64,000 nt of DNA from Amphiscolops sp. MND2022 (lineage: Eukaryota): the NCBI GenBank assembly GCA_964187785.1, contig OZ076413.1:42410001-42474000 (forward strand), in the 5' to 3' direction. Position numbers and translations under genes: made by a program. This document shows, piece after piece, positions 39,721-53,321 of the stretch (positions are counted from its first letter, which is position 1; each line of letters starts with the position of its first letter). The notes under the pieces were generated by a model. It made no database searches and had not been told where the DNA came from. It saw only the letters and a list, made by a program, of their open reading frames with translations.

Positions 39721-41267
39721 TTAATACATCTAAATCTTTTTTGTTTTGTGAACAGCATCAAGGAAGAAGAGAATAAAATCCCTACATACACCCCAGGTTT
39801 TTACCGCAAAATGGAGAAGATAGAAAGATTTTCCCTGAGAAGAAGCGATAATTTGACGTAGACAAACTATCTAAGCGTGCCTGTCATGTAACAACAGTCG
39901 AAAATTGAATTTGTTTCTTTTTAAAAAATGTCCGAATGTCCGTCGGCAATGTTGAAAAGTTCCGCAATTGCAGTTCAATTATATATTTTTCCGGACTACT
40001 CTGAGAGCAAAATAACAAAATGGAACAAAACAAAATCATCGAATGTTTTGATTGGACACGATTTTTTTGTGATTGTGGGGTATCAGTTCTCAACCATCCA
40101 AATCGAAGCTATGATAGAAATGGACCCATACAATTGGCCGACCGTGCTGTTAGTCGACACGATCGAATTTGATTGGATATCAATTGAGAAATTCTCAATT
40201 TAGTGCAAATTTGTTATGCAACTATAACTCGCTTGAATCAAACGTTAGATATGTATCAAAAGCTTGTTTGCGAACAACATTCAACGCGTTTACTTTCTCT
40301 CATTTAATAGGCAACAAAAACTGAAAAGATTTGGAATTAGGACCAGCATCATTTCGTGACCACTATGAAAACCTATTTTCATTCTTTTCAAATTCTGAAA
40401 TCCGTTTAAGGACTAAATCTAGTATTCTAATTTATTTTGTCGGCCATATACTGTCGGTCAAAAGGACCTTCAGCTAAATGACTCAGCACCGATAGAAATA
40501 ACTGATGCTCTAACTCAATTATGCAGCCAAAGCTCCTTATTTCGGAGTTCAAGTCAATAAACCAGATCCGCATGTGCGGTAAAGGAGTCGGCTTAGGTCT
40601 TTTTTCCTCTGAAGTCCAAAAATGGCCGTTTTTGACCATTTTTGGGCTAATTCTAGATTATTTCTTACATCCCAGTGATACGATTTTAATATTATTGCAC
40701 ATATATGACTCTAATATGGTGTTGAATGACTGTAGAGAATTTCGTTCGAATTATATGGACAGTTTTTGAGAAATTTGAAATTTTCATGAAAAAAAAACGA
40801 TACATTGCATAAGTAGCCAAAAATTTTTTCCAACTCCTAAAAATCTGGTTAACCCTAAATGGACAATGCTACGATTTTGTACCAGTCAGTTTCTGCAAAC
40901 TTCTGAAGGCACCAGCTGGTCGTATGGTGAAGAAAACTCCTAAATATGGTTTTCAAGCGACATTACATAACATTCCCCGCCTTTTCACGGAATATTGACT
41001 TGATGTTTCCGAAATCAAGAAAACGGGACCAAAAATACAAGAAAGCGCAGTTTTTCTGTTTTCCAGTCTTCGCTTGTGGCCACTTTATCCTACTGGTATT
41101 GACATTGAGTCAAAACGGCCCTAGCATGTTTTGAAACATGCTAAAATGTAGTCAGAGACCCGAGGCGTTCAAAGTTTTGGCGCAAAGTCTGGAGCCACTG
41201 TGGCGAAATCATAAGACTGCGGAGGACTTCGCGCAATTTGAAAGCCCTGAATGTCTTCTTTCGAATA

Positions 41268-41552
41268 CGAGAGGCTAACCCGGATTTTAGTTCGGATATA
41301 ACGTTTTCAAAGTTCGGATATAACGTTTTCAAAGTTCGAATATAACGTCTTCAAAGTTCAGATATAACGTTTTCAAAGATCGAATATAACGTCTTCAAAG
41401 TTCGGTTGTAACGTTTTCAAAGTTCGGATATCACGTTTTTAAAGTTCGGATGTAACGTTCTCAAAGTTCGGATATAACGTTTTCAATGTTCGGATGTAAC
41501 GTTTTCAAAGTTCGGATGTAACGTTTTCAAAGGGGGATATTTCCGGTGCTAG
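41268..41552 (+). repeat. 22-bp minisatellite cassette, about 11 units
   Basis: Tandem TTCGGATATAACGTTTTCAAAG at about 41291-41532, with imperfect inverted ends CTAACCCGGATTT / ATTTCCGGTGCTAG. Confidence 0.9.
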
Positions 41553-41574
41553 GAAACTGTTCAAAATTCTCATT

Positions 41575-42195
41575 TTTAGTCGGCGCTTTTCGAAGAAAAA
41601 CGCAGACTATAGTAGTGACTTTTTTTTTAAGACCAACGAACTGACAGATTTTATAAATTTTATAAGTTGGCACTAAACCGGCACTAACTAAACTGTGTCA
41701 CACTACTTCACTGCCACTTGGCCACTACGGCTTTTTCGAGGTCTGACAAGCAGAATGACATGGGTTCGAGTCCCGCCATGACCAAAATTTTTTCAAAAAA
41801 TCTGATTTTTCAAAAAAAATCGGATTTCAAAAAAATTTCAAAAAAATCGGATTTTTTTCCAATTTTTCCTCAAACGGGTACTGTAGAAGAGAATACTTGA
41901 CACTTTGAAGTACTTTTGTTATTTTTGAGCCTTAGATATGGCGCCGACTTGGGCCGTTCCCGGCTTGTCCTTTTTTTTTGGAACAAATTTCTCCAAAAGG
42001 TCTCCTCTTCATTTTTTTGATATTTTGCAACAAAATGTATGTTAAAAAAATACGAAATGGTCCCCCCGGAGCACCAGTTTGGTCCAACTTTTGGGTTTTT
42101 TGGGTACTGTAGAAGAAAATACTTGACACTTTGAACTCTTTTCGCTATTTTTGAGCCTTCGATATGGCGCCAACTTGGGCCGTTCCCGGCTTGTT
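41575..42195 (-). mobile_element. Helentron/DINE-like repeat, two tandem or nested copies
   Basis: TTTTTAGTCGGCGC start. GGCGCC(G/A)ACTTGGGCCGTTCCCGGCTTGT ends at 41968 and 42195. tRNA-like segment at 41720-41784. Confidence 0.65.
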
Positions 42196-43149
42196 AATTA
42201 GTTAGTGCGTTTTTGAAATTTCCAATGATCAGATTTCAAAATTGTACTGGTTGATTTGAAACATGTGTTTCGTTCTGAGTGGGATCTGATGAGGATGGAT
42301 TGGATAGTTTAACTTGTAGATGTGAATAACCCGTGTGAAGAAAAATGTCTGAAATTCATTTTTTTCAAAATCAGGTCGTTTGGAAGCGGAGGCGTTAAAA
42401 AACGAAAGCGACGTAATATGCGTGTAAGCGTTACCAGCGATAACGACGACTGAATTTTGCGCTAATCTGATTGTTGGGGAATTTTAATTACTTATGTAAC
42501 AAAAAGTGCCCGGCACTTGCAAAGACACGTTTTATTGCTTTTTCGTCAGTTTTCTCTCCAAATACTCGACTTTTTTAATTCATTTGTTTGTTCAATTTCG
42601 CCCGTGACTTGATATCGTCATGAAGCAAGGCTGAAATGTATCCAGGACCATAAAAGGCTAAATAGCATTACAATGATCCCCTTTTGACGTCAGACGACAT
42701 TGTTGGAAAATCAAATCTGGCGAGCCAAAACTTTTCTCCCGGAAAGAGCTGCTTAAACGTTAGCTCTTCACGAGTTATAGGTCCGTTTTTTTGATAAAAA
42801 CTAATTCACTGTACAGGATATAATAGGAACAGGACATGTCTTCAGACGTTATCCCTTTTTTGAATGTTATTCCTGCTCGCCAGTGCATTTACTGCCCCAT
42901 TATAAATTAAAGCCGAAACAAAGTTGGAAAGGAATAGGGAATGAAACTCAAATGTGAAACAATGTTCACCCACTACCTGCTTCGCCCCTTTCCTCTGTTG
43001 CACCGTAATCCATCCACCTTGTCTTGTATATAGTTAAGACAGTGCACGGATGTTTATGTCAAAAGGAATTCTAACACTTAAAAGAGCTTCAACTATGGAC
43101 CACTTCATCAGATACAATTCCCCGTACAACGAAAACTCATATCAAGAAA

Positions 43150-43830
43150 CAGCTCAAATTAGTGACGAAAGCATGAAAATAGCTGAACGAAATAAGAATA
43201 ATCCGGAAAATTATAAACTGATTAGTCCCTTAACTACTATGAAAAAAATTTTCCAAAATATGTTGTACAAACGGGTGCTGAAATTTTTCGGCAAAAATCA
43301 TCTTTCTGCGCTAAGGCATTTGGTTTTTGATCAAAACGTTATTGTGTTTATTCAATTCGCACAACAACCAAATACATGCGTACCCAAATTGTCAAAAAAG
43401 CTTAATGGTCAAGCTTGTTTCATTGATTCGACTGCCTTGATCATAGAGTATTACTTACGGGAGTTTTTTGCCTATGGTTACCGACGACCAGTTTATGAAT
43501 TGCTTGAGGACTATTTGAAATACAGAAAGCAGCATGTTTGGGCTGACGATAAGAGTTCATAAAACTTGAACAAAACGACAGTTGCACCATGATAGAAGCC
43601 GGTAAACGCTCGGATTGTAAAAAAAAATCTTAGTCAATTGACTATAAATACTTCAATGTTTGAATTAGGAGGCCAACAAAATGTTACTCTATTGAATCAA
43701 TATTTACCACAGAAAGTTTCTTACAAATAGTTAGGTATCCATCTGGACAATAGGCTGACATTTAAAGCTCACATCGATTTCACAGTAAAAAACAGTCGTT
43801 TTTATGTCATAATCTACAAGGTAAGACAAC
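43150..43830 (+). pseudogene. Non-LTR retrotransposon (CR1/L2/Jockey-like) reverse transcriptase remnant
   Basis: NPENYKLISPL (NYRPISLL-like), ACFID, YG.R...LLEDYL..RKQ.V and downstream LGIHLDNRLTFKAHID. Frameshifted and internally deleted. Confidence 0.7.
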
Positions 43831-45952
43831 TAAATCCAATAGTTCGTATTTTGCTAGCACTATTTCACAAGCGAATTTCTGAAAGCATCTAAAAAACAGT
43901 AATAAAGCATAAAGTACTGACCTTCTTCGAGTTGTACGTTTTGGAAGTTTGCAACGAAGTTTTATAGAATCTCAAATCGGAGATGCCCTCGAACGTAGTT
44001 TTCCATGCTTGTACTTAACCCATAGAAAACGGAAGGTTGTTTCGCAACCCCTAAAAAAGTTATTATATCTTCTTATACTACTGTTAAAACCATTCGGAAC
44101 GCCTGAGAACAGAAAAACAGAAAGCTCTTGGCGAAAATACGTATTCCAGTACTGTTCCGAAAGTGTGAAAAGTGCAATATGAAAATTTTTTGAGAGACCC
44201 TTTTTGGAACCTACCAGGTTTCGCTTGCCTATTTTTTGTTAATACAGAATGTAATTTGGAAAACGCAGAAAACTGCGAGTAATTCCAACCAGTGGTTGTT
44301 GAGAAATAGCCAAAAACGTGTTGTTTTTTCGACATTTCGGGAATTCGGCAACCACGTTTTTTTGACTAGTCCAAATCTCTCCTAGCAGGCGTAGCCAAAA
44401 AAGGGATTGCGTCATCGTGTAGAACGCAAAAAGTTACGCTAGTACCGTGATTTTGGTCGCGGTGCTGTTAATACTCGTGGAATAAATCTTTGTTGCAGTT
44501 TTGTTCAGAAAGTGCATAAAATTGCCAATAAAATGGAATTTTAGTTGAGCACAGTGTGATATCTCCGAGGTATCCCAGCACCCAAACTCTTGCTTTTTCG
44601 CACACCTGGAACTAAATTCCGACAATTTGTGCAATTTGAGCAGCCAGCGGCCAGCCAAAGCTGAGAAATTGACATTATTGTGAATTTTGACCCGAAAAAG
44701 TGGTACCTCAGGTACATCAAGGTTTTGTCACCCCGGATCGCCAGATATTAACCCAGGCACCTTGCCGCCGTGTTTTTCTGTTACGTGGTCATAAGTTACG
44801 CTCGCGAATCAATTTTCAGGTTGCTAGGAAGCCTAGTATGCGAGTTTCAGTTTTCAGAGATCGTCAATTTTTCAGTGAACATTGTCAAGTGCCCGCATTT
44901 CACGTCGAGTCAATTTTAACGCAATCGGAAGATAATTTCCACACGATTTGGCTACTGTAGTATACGGTGTGAAATTCTGAGGTCGCTAGCAGCGCTAGAA
45001 GTGATTTTCACCTACCCCGGAGGTGCTTGTTGACAATAAAATTGTTGTTTTTGTTATTTTTTGAGACAAGTCGCACACTTTTTGTCAATGTACGTGCCCG
45101 TGAGTGCCCAAACGACCTCAATAGTATACCAGGCACCCTCGGCATGTCCTGCTGAATTACTTTGATTAGTGCCAAACCGACCCTAATATCTCGGGTCTCT
45201 GAGAAACGGTCTACGAGACATAGAGGTGAAAAACCAAAAATTGAACTTCGCCTCCTGACTGCTATCAAAGCCACCTAAGTGCAGAATATTCGTTGTGAAC
45301 ACGCATGCTTGGTGCCCTGTGTACCCTGTGGGTGCTGGAGCTCGTTTATAGGCACTTTTAGAGGTTCAGACTTCAAACGCAGTACGTCTCAAAACAGAAC
45401 AAACACATATACATGTTTTTGTAGGCCTAGTTTCCGCATTTTGTGTATGTGCTACTGGACGCTTAATGGTCCATTTCTTTGACGTTTCAGATTTATGCGT
45501 CAATTTTCTAATTTCAAACTCAAATCTAGTTGTTTATTTTGTTTGAGATGCCCAAAACTGGTAAAACAAAAGTTGAAAAGGCTCGAGTTGCGGCCGATAA
45601 ATACCCAATTGAATTCAGAGCGTTACCAGGCGGAGTTTCGATGTGTAAATATGCGAGAAAGTCGTTAATTGTAAAAAGAACTTTAATTTCTCTGATGATA
45701 ATGTGAAGTATTATGTTGTGTCTTACATAAACATGTAATTTAATTGACATGTAAATTAATTAAATAAGTCAATTTAATTGATTTTTGCGTCAATTTTGTT
45801 TTTTAATGAGTCAATTCGATAGCGCTATAAACAGGTGTTATTGCGTCAATTAGTTGGCCGCCCTAGTGATGATTAATTACTTTTCATAATTTTATGAAAA
45901 TGTAAATTATCAATCAAATGGAAGTATAAATCAGTTTCAGACATTTTTTCTT

Positions 45953-46253
45953 CTAGATGAAGTGCATATTGTATGTAGGACCTGCTCGATGTTGATGTTC
46001 TGGAATCTGAGTGTTAGAACGGTCGGATGGAACTAAAGAGTTCCAAGTGGTCTCGTCTTGTGACGTCATTGTCGCATAAACGCCTTCTGATTGGGTAGCC
46101 GAACCGCCATTCATGTTGGTAGAACACGAGTCGTGAATGATAACAGTGCCATAGCTCGTAAGCGTTCCTGAATTCACAGTGTCGAACATGGACGTAGTTT
46201 GGACCCAACTGTCACATTTGTTGCAACTGGGGTCTCTTGCGATGCTCCAAGTT
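45953..46253 (-). CDS. Putative last exon (cytoplasmic tail) of a single-pass membrane protein
   Basis: Acceptor ATTAG| at 46254 is phase 2, compatible with the donor at 48926. Open frame TWSIARD...EGVYATM...MHFI*. Confidence 0.5.
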
Positions 46254-46369
46254 CTAATAGAAAAAGATTAGGTTAGGATTTATTTAGGGATAATATATAG
46301 GATTATATAGGATGGTATAACTGGGATATCTTGTTCCAGCAATGACATATTTTTGAGGCTCAAGGGTAG

Positions 46370-48295
46370 CCATTGCACTATGAAAACGCATAGAGGTTTG
46401 ATAAAAAAAGGTTTGGCACTTTTTGAAAAATGTCATGCCATTTCAGAAGGGAACACTTCAAGAAGACACCACCCATCTATTTGGTTTTTCGTCAGATTGT
46501 GTGTATTCCAAAACGTAACCAATTGATTTTTCTTTAAATTTGCGCGAAATTGCCAAAAACGTCAAAATTTCTACAATTTTTCTTTTCCGACAACTTTGCG
46601 GTCATTTGAGGAACTTGTATAAGAAACTGTAGATGTCTTTTAAAAAACGCCTATTGGATAACGGGTCCAGTCGTTCTTGAATAACAAAATTGCTCGAAAC
46701 GTTTACAAAAAAGTATAACAACATCAAAAACAAAAAATTGATTTTCACTAAATTTCAAGTCGATCTGACGAACTATTTGCATACACAATTGTAGATTTCT
46801 TCTTTAAAAATTCTTCATGACTACTCCAAAAGTTCAGACTTCTGGACTATTAGGAAGTTTTGATAACTTTCAATAGAAATTCAATGATTTGTCGAGCAAC
46901 TGCCAAAACTTGTTCTTTTTTTGACTAATTTGGGGTCATTTTGAGGCTCTTTTCTAACGTGAAACTGCAATTCACTTTCAAAAAACCTACAGAATAACGC
47001 ATTTGTTGGCTGTTGAGGTTTTCTGTCTTCCAACTATGGAAAATTTGGAAAAATCTCAAAAAATTCAGAACTTTGCATAAGAAACGTTGAATTTAGACGT
47101 TTTGTATCCGACTCATCAGGGTCACTTTTGAAGTACTTTTGAAGCAAAATACTGTAGCTCTCTTCAAAATAGCGTACTGCATAGCTGGCTTTTTCGTTTT
47201 CGAGTGTTTTGAACTTTCCTAGTCACAAAAATTTTCAAAATTTGAACACAAGCCGCAGGAAATACTTTAAATTTGAAGTATTTCTGATGTAAAGCACTGT
47301 AATTTTCTCATCAAGAAGGGAAACTACACACCTGATTCTATTCTACGCCTTCAGTTGTTGTTGAATCGTTTAAGAGTTCTAATCCATAAAAAGGTTGAAA
47401 CGTTTACAAAAATTGCGTTGTAAAACACGAAAATGTAAAAAAGTAATATTTTTTGACTATTTTGGGGGTACATGTTGCAATTCTTTTTTTTATAAAACTG
47501 CATTTATCTCCGCAATTAACCCTATTTGACAACAAAACCATTCGTGGTTGAAGCTATTCAACGTTCTGATCTATGAAAGCTTTACAAGTTTGACAAAAGT
47601 TGCATGAAAACGTTAAAAATCAGTACATTTTGAAGTTATTGTCATATTTGGTCGCAAATTGTGCGTTTTTTTTCATTACAAAACTTCGTTTATTTCCTAA
47701 AAAAGCCTTCCTGACAACCAATTTGTTCCTTGTTGAACGTCTTTGAAATTCTAAGCCACCAAGGTTCCAAAATTACACAAAAACTGCATAAAACTTTCAA
47801 ATTTTGAACTTTGTTGTGTTTTTGTCAATTTCGGTCAAAATTTGATGCATTTTTTCAACACCAATTGCTTTTATCTCTTCAAAAAAGCAACCACGACAAC
47901 TAATTTGTTCCTTTTTGAACGTCTTTAACATTCTATGACACCAAGTTTTTCGAAAAATACAGATAAATTGCATAAAAATTTCAAAAATCTGAATTTTCAA
48001 GTATTTTGTCAATTTCGGTCCAAATTTGATGCATTTTCTTAACACAAATTGCTTTTGTCTCTTCAAGGAAGTTTTTATCATTTTTGGGGTCATTTTTGGG
48101 TCATTCTAGGGTCTTTCAAAAAAGTCCAAAAATCTCGACAAATCGTACCGCATGATACTTATTTTACATCAGTTGAATTCTATGGGTGAAACCCTTTAAC
48201 TAGGATATAATTTACTTCTTGGCAAATTTTGTAAAAAAAAACCCGTTTGATTTAAATATTTTCCTTTTCCATATGAAATATGGACAGAAAATAAA
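46370..48295 (-). repeat. Dispersed repeat with degenerate ~180-bp internal tandem units
   Basis: 47700-47875 and 47880-48060 are near-duplicates. The end aligns inverted with 16885-17110. Confidence 0.6.
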
Positions 48296-48475
48296 AAAAT
48301 TACTCGAAGCATCATTGTTATTACTAGTGGTAGCAAACAATACTTTTGTTTATCTCAGTAGTTGAATTAGTTTGACACATACCTTTTTACAGTGTCTATT
48401 TGATTCATTCGATTACAATTCCGAAAAAAAATAAATATAGATTTGTAAATTGGGTTAAATTTGCGTGTTGAACAT

Positions 48476-48838
48476 CAGAGTTTTGACAACGCTTATTTTT
48501 TCGCTAATTGTTAAACCGCTAATTTCACAATCGCTGTTTCGCTGAAAAACTTTTCTTCAAACTGTCAAATTTTTGAATTCAAGAATGTTTCATTTATAAA
48601 CAAAAACCTAAGTCAATTTTTGCAATTGAAAAAATTATAAAACTTTTAATGTGTGGATTTTATAGATGAAGATTTGATGTTTTCGAAAATCATTTTAAAA
48701 CTCCGTGTATTTTCCGAGGTTATATTGAATTTGGACAATCTATTACTTACAGCTATCTTGAATCGCTGATAGAATCGCTGAGAAATTATGCGAGGCCGCT
48801 AATTCGCTATATCGCTGATTTGCGGTGTCAAAACTCTG
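48476..48838. mobile_element. hAT MITE
   Basis: 13-bp perfect TIR CAGAGTTTTGACA, 8-bp TSD TTGAACAT/TTGAGCAT, and subterminal (AT)CGCT repeats. Confidence 0.85.
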
Positions 48839-48906
48839 TTGAGCATGGTGGATAAGTTTCAAAAAATATGTTTGAAGCATAAATTCCGCATACTTTACAC
48901 AAAAGT

Positions 48907-49389
48907 TTATTGAAGCGTGTGTAACCTGAGAGATGCATCGGTATAGACTGTTGAAGGCACTCCCTCGCCAAGATAATACAGATTGGGATTCGTTGCTGAA
49001 TCCATCTTGAGTTTCAGAACAACGTCCGAAACCGATGACCCCTCCCCTCTGTGCAAATTAGTGCCACTCTGGGTCATATCCAGATTCGGGGGATCCAGAT
49101 ATTCTCCATCAGTTTGGGTTTTGGTTTCCCGCTCAAAAATTCGTGACGTCAAAGTCGTTTGGCCTGTACCAGGAAGAACACCTGTCATGGTACCATCATA
49201 GGCCAAGTTGTCGTGTGCTGATTTAGAAGTGAGCTCCTTGGTGTAATTAGATCTTTTCCTGGTTTTGGAGGTATGTCTCTTATTGGCTACCGAGTGGCCA
49301 ATCATGAACGAGAGAATAGCGATCAAGATTAGAGATATTATTCCGATGATTAAAATGATCGGCAACAAGTCTTCTTGAGAAGAGTTAGC
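48907..49389 (-). CDS. Transmembrane + cytoplasmic exon of a single-pass membrane protein
   Basis: Acceptor TTTTACAG| at 49390 (phase 0). LLPIILIIGIISLILIAILSFMIG forms a TM helix, followed by a basic stop-transfer stretch and Tyr motifs (DNLAY, EYLDP, NPNLYY). Either ends at stop 48907 or splices at 48926. Confidence 0.75.
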   Translation of the reverse strand, partial: ANSSQEDLLPIILIIGIISLILIAILSFMIGHSVANKRHTSKTRKRSNYTKELTSKSAHDNLAYDGTMTGVLPGTGQTTLTSRIFERETKTQTDGEYLDPPNLDMTQSGTNLHRGEGSSVSDVVLKLKMDSATNPNLYYLGEGVPSTVYTDASLRLHTLQ

Positions 49390-49717
49390 CTGTAAAAGAC
49401 TTCAACAACTAAAGCTAATAAACAAAAAAGGAAAACCACATATGAATATGATAAAATCGCCAAGTCCTGGTTGGTTGGCATTTTTCATATTTTTATAGGT
49501 TAGGAATGCTTGGAGCTTCTATGTGAGTTTGTGCTTATTTAAATTCCCAGCAATGTGTTTTTATCACGAGTTCTGTTAGGGTTTTGTAAACAGCATTAAG
49601 GAAGATGAAGACAAAACCCCGCAAAATTTTCGAGATGACAAACAATTTGACCAAATTGTTTCATATATGCTCTTTGAATTTTTCCCATGAAAATAGCCAG
49701 CATAATTCCATGCAGCA

Positions 49718-50149
49718 TGCCCGAGTTGACATCCCAGGGAAATCCATGGGTGGCCACCGATCTTCCACCACAGTTCCATCGATGGCCACTTCGGTGGCCG
49801 TAACAGTTTTTGCGGTGGGGATCGGTGGTCACCGATGGGCTATCGGTGGGGAACGGTGGGCTACTGATGGACCATCGGTGGGCTACGGTTGGCCACCGGA
49901 GTCCGTCGATGAAAGGTTCGAGGTTAGATTCTCTCAAGTTCCAACTGAAAAAGAGATCAGATGTCTAAAAAACGGTTTTCTTGATATCTACAGGAACGCA
50001 AACACAGACACAACACTAGGTACACTAGCAAGGAAGATCATTATCATAAAACAACCCAATAAAACGAAAAACATTTCAGGTTGAGCTCCACGTAAGCTAA
50101 TTTTCCCTCACCGATGGCCTTCGATTTCCCTGGGTTGTCAGTACGGGTG
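49718..50149. mobile_element. MITE with ~25-bp TIRs and GGTGGCCACC-type palindromic sub-repeats
   Basis: CCCGAGTTGACATCCCAGGGAAATC versus reverse complement CCCGTACTGACAACCCAGGGAAATC. Right end GTG|TA. Confidence 0.7.
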
Positions 50150-52748
50150 TAAAAAGTTCTGCCATTACCGACTAGGGTTGATAGTACTAGCAGTAGGTGT
50201 GATGGCTAGATGAATCGCTAAGCCAGGCTCCAAAAGACCACCCAGCGTTCGGCATTTTGGAATTCTAGACAAGACCCTGGGCATTTCGCCCTAGTCTTGG
50301 CAATCATGACAAAATCCCGGTAAACCCTGGAAATATTTCCATGATTCCTGGTGTTTTGTCTTTCTTGCAAGATTCCCTTTTCCCCGCAAAATTTCCTCAC
50401 CATATCTTGAGACTATATTATCTCGACAGTTTTTCAGTTCAGCTACCCCATTGGAAACATCTCGACTACTAAGGTACACGTGAGAAGATTCCGACACAAA
50501 AAATGTACCATCCACCAAAATATTACAACTTTGCCAATCCTGCCAGGACTCTGGAAATCTTGGTTTCTTCCGGGTTTCTCTCTTGAGACTTTTTCAACCA
50601 TAAAGATTTAGCCATGATCGCGCATAGTAATGTCAAGATCGTACCAAAAAAATTGTAAAATTAAGAGATCTTTCTCATGGAATGGTTCGCGAAAAAAAAT
50701 TCTGACAACAATTCGGGAAGGCGTTTTTGGGAGTGTGAAAAAATTCTAGAGGAATAACGTCTAAAAAATTGGCTTCTGAATTTTTGTCTTTTTTCGGGAA
50801 AAACGCTCAATGACTTATACGTAATTCCTGTTATTTTGACATTTTTCTCATTTTTTCAAAAAATATTTCTTTTATCAAGTTTTCATGCAGAAAGGTTGAT
50901 TTTGAAAAGAAGGCCGGCTAAAAGGTGCGAAGTTACATGGATCAAACTGATACCTGTATCTGAAAAAAATAATTGCAAGAGACGCAGTGGAACAGTGATG
51001 TTTTTGTATTCGTTAAAACAGAAACTTTCCAAAGGAGACCTTTCAAGGTAAAAATACTTTTTCCGATCTGAAAATTTCACAAAAACCTGAAAATATCCCC
51101 GGGAAGCTCATACCCGGCGTCGGCAAAAACTTGGCGTCGATAGTTTACCGATGAAGTCGTTGTAATGTTGTGATGCTAAAATATCAGTAAAAATTCGCAC
51201 TTCTGACATTTAAAATCAATTTTTGATACGTTTAAGTATCCCAATTGCCTGGAACCTTTTTTACTCATCTCTTAGAAACTGCTATCCTAGTTCATGTCCA
51301 ATAACTTTGATTCGATGTTTTTTGATCAAGTGTTTGTCGTTTTGTGATGTTGCAATGTCAGTGCCATTCGCCTCCCTGACACCCGAAATTTGACTTCGAA
51401 GTATTTTTTTCATTCTAATTGAAGTGAAAACGCCCTTCCTTTACCTGTTGCAATGATCATTATCAGTTATGAAGAAAAACCTGGCGTCGAAAATCCCGCA
51501 TAATCCTATCAAGATCTTGCCAAGAAATCTAAAACTGTCTGACACTGGGTAACTTTTTCCCAAAAAAAGAAAGAACAACAGAAACTTGTGCCATTTGCCT
51601 TTGGTGTATCACGTCTAGCTTATCAGTATTTTGAAAATGTTTGTCTTATAATCTAACTTGTTAATATCGAAAACAAGTTATCATGTATTTTAATGTTGAT
51701 AAAAACTTTAGAACACCTATTCTTTCATATGGGAAGATAGTATCCAAAAGGGCGCCGACTTAGAAAAGCAGAACTGCTTATTCGACGTCCACCCCGCGGA
51801 ATTGGGGAAATTAACTTTCTTCTTTCTTCTTCTTCTTCATAGTTAAAAGGGATGATTAATTTCCTTTTTTATGTTTGGATTTCATCAGATGAACTTGAGA
51901 AAATTTCCGGAGAAGTTTTTGTAATGAAAGAACAAGACAAGAACGTCTAAAGTCGGCGGCCCTATTAAGGCTCAAAAAATGCAATGTCTCAAATATGCTG
52001 ACAGTGGGTTTAAGCAAATTCTAAAAACTGAAAAAGTCACTCAAGACTTAAGATGAACAAATTGAAGAAGTTGAACAAAAAAGAACAATTAAAAAACTTG
52101 ACTCTGTAAGAGTCGGGGCACTTTTTGGATTTCAAAAAGCGCCGAGTAATAATCGAAAAATTTCAATTGTCTCATTTAACTGGCTTTACAGAACGGTGTC
52201 GCCAAAAAAACCTTTTTCATTCTAACTCAAGAGCTGTCACTCCCAGAAATTTGCATAAATTCTTTTTTTTTCACATGGGAAAATTCAGAAAAATCGCTGT
52301 TTTTCTCTAAAAATGACATTTCAACTCAATGGCCGGGTGACCCATCTTCCAAACTTCAGCTCCTGAATTTTTCATTCACGCCTCTGATCATATTGTATTT
52401 GAAAATGAACAGCAACTAAACTTAAGTTACTCAAAAGTCGAGTTGGTTTTTGGAAAAACACCTGCATTGAGCGCTGCGTTATTCTTTAACTTCTATATGT
52501 GCGCACCTGATTCATCGGTTTCATCGTTTTTCATCTTTTTGTGGAGAAGCAGCAAAATTAAATACTACTCAAAATTATAGAGCGCTTTATCACAAGTAAT
52601 TATATTCTTTTAAACTTAAATCAGTATTCCCAGGCAATAGTTCAGTGGAATTGTGCTTGTAGAAGAAATAATATGTTTGGAGATACCCAGCCTTATTTTT
52701 GCTACACAGTGGGAATTATCACTTCAGAAATGAATGTTTTGTACTTAC

Positions 52749-52913
52749 TTTGAAAACCAACTGCTTTTCACTGCTGCATTCAAGTTCTGACAGGGTGTTG
52801 AAAAAGCAGTGAAAGGCCAGACAGAATGTGTTGGAGAAGACTATAGAGTTGGCTTCCGATGCTACAGAAGAGCCCAAAGAAGTTGTGATGACGTTTCCAT
52901 TCGAAGCAAGCTC
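52749..52913 (-). CDS. Extracellular exon of the minus-strand membrane protein (lectin-like Cys pattern)
   Basis: TTTTAG| ... |GTAAGT, 165 nt, open frame ELASNG...FCLAFHC...LECSSEKQLVFK, phase 0/0. Confidence 0.7.
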
Positions 52914-53321
52914 CTAAAATATATATTATTCAAGCTAACTCGAACCCCCAAAAATAGTTTAAAACATAACTTAAACATACTGCAGGCTTTGAATAACTTT
53001 GAAATGGTTTTTGCGTTTGATATTTGGAGGTAACCACGTTTTACTCTAAGAAGGTCTTGAAAGTTGGGTTAACAAACAAAATTAGGTTACTTGTAAATAC
53101 AGTTTAACATGCATCGTTCTTGCAGGAAGATCTACTAGCTATTTAATACTTCATGAAATAGTCTCCATGTTACTCAATTTATAAGCAACATATTATGCAA
53201 AAAACGGAGTTCATTGATGTTTACATAATCATTTATTTTCCTTGTAAAAAACTCAACATAGATATCAAACTTTGTGATAGTACTCCTTTTTATTGGATTT
53301 TGAAGTCACAAAAAGTAATAC

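Noticed and set aside
41291..41532. 22-bp array as a CRISPR
   Set aside because: The units are head-to-tail with no spacers, so it is a minisatellite.
41720..41784. Functional tRNA gene
   Set aside because: Only a T-arm-like motif and ACCA are present. No acceptor or D stems form, and it is embedded in a repeat.
45480..45866. hAT-like right end TTGGCCGCCCTA with TGCGTCAATT subterminal repeats
   Set aside because: No matching left TIR or TSD was found, so the boundaries cannot be supported.
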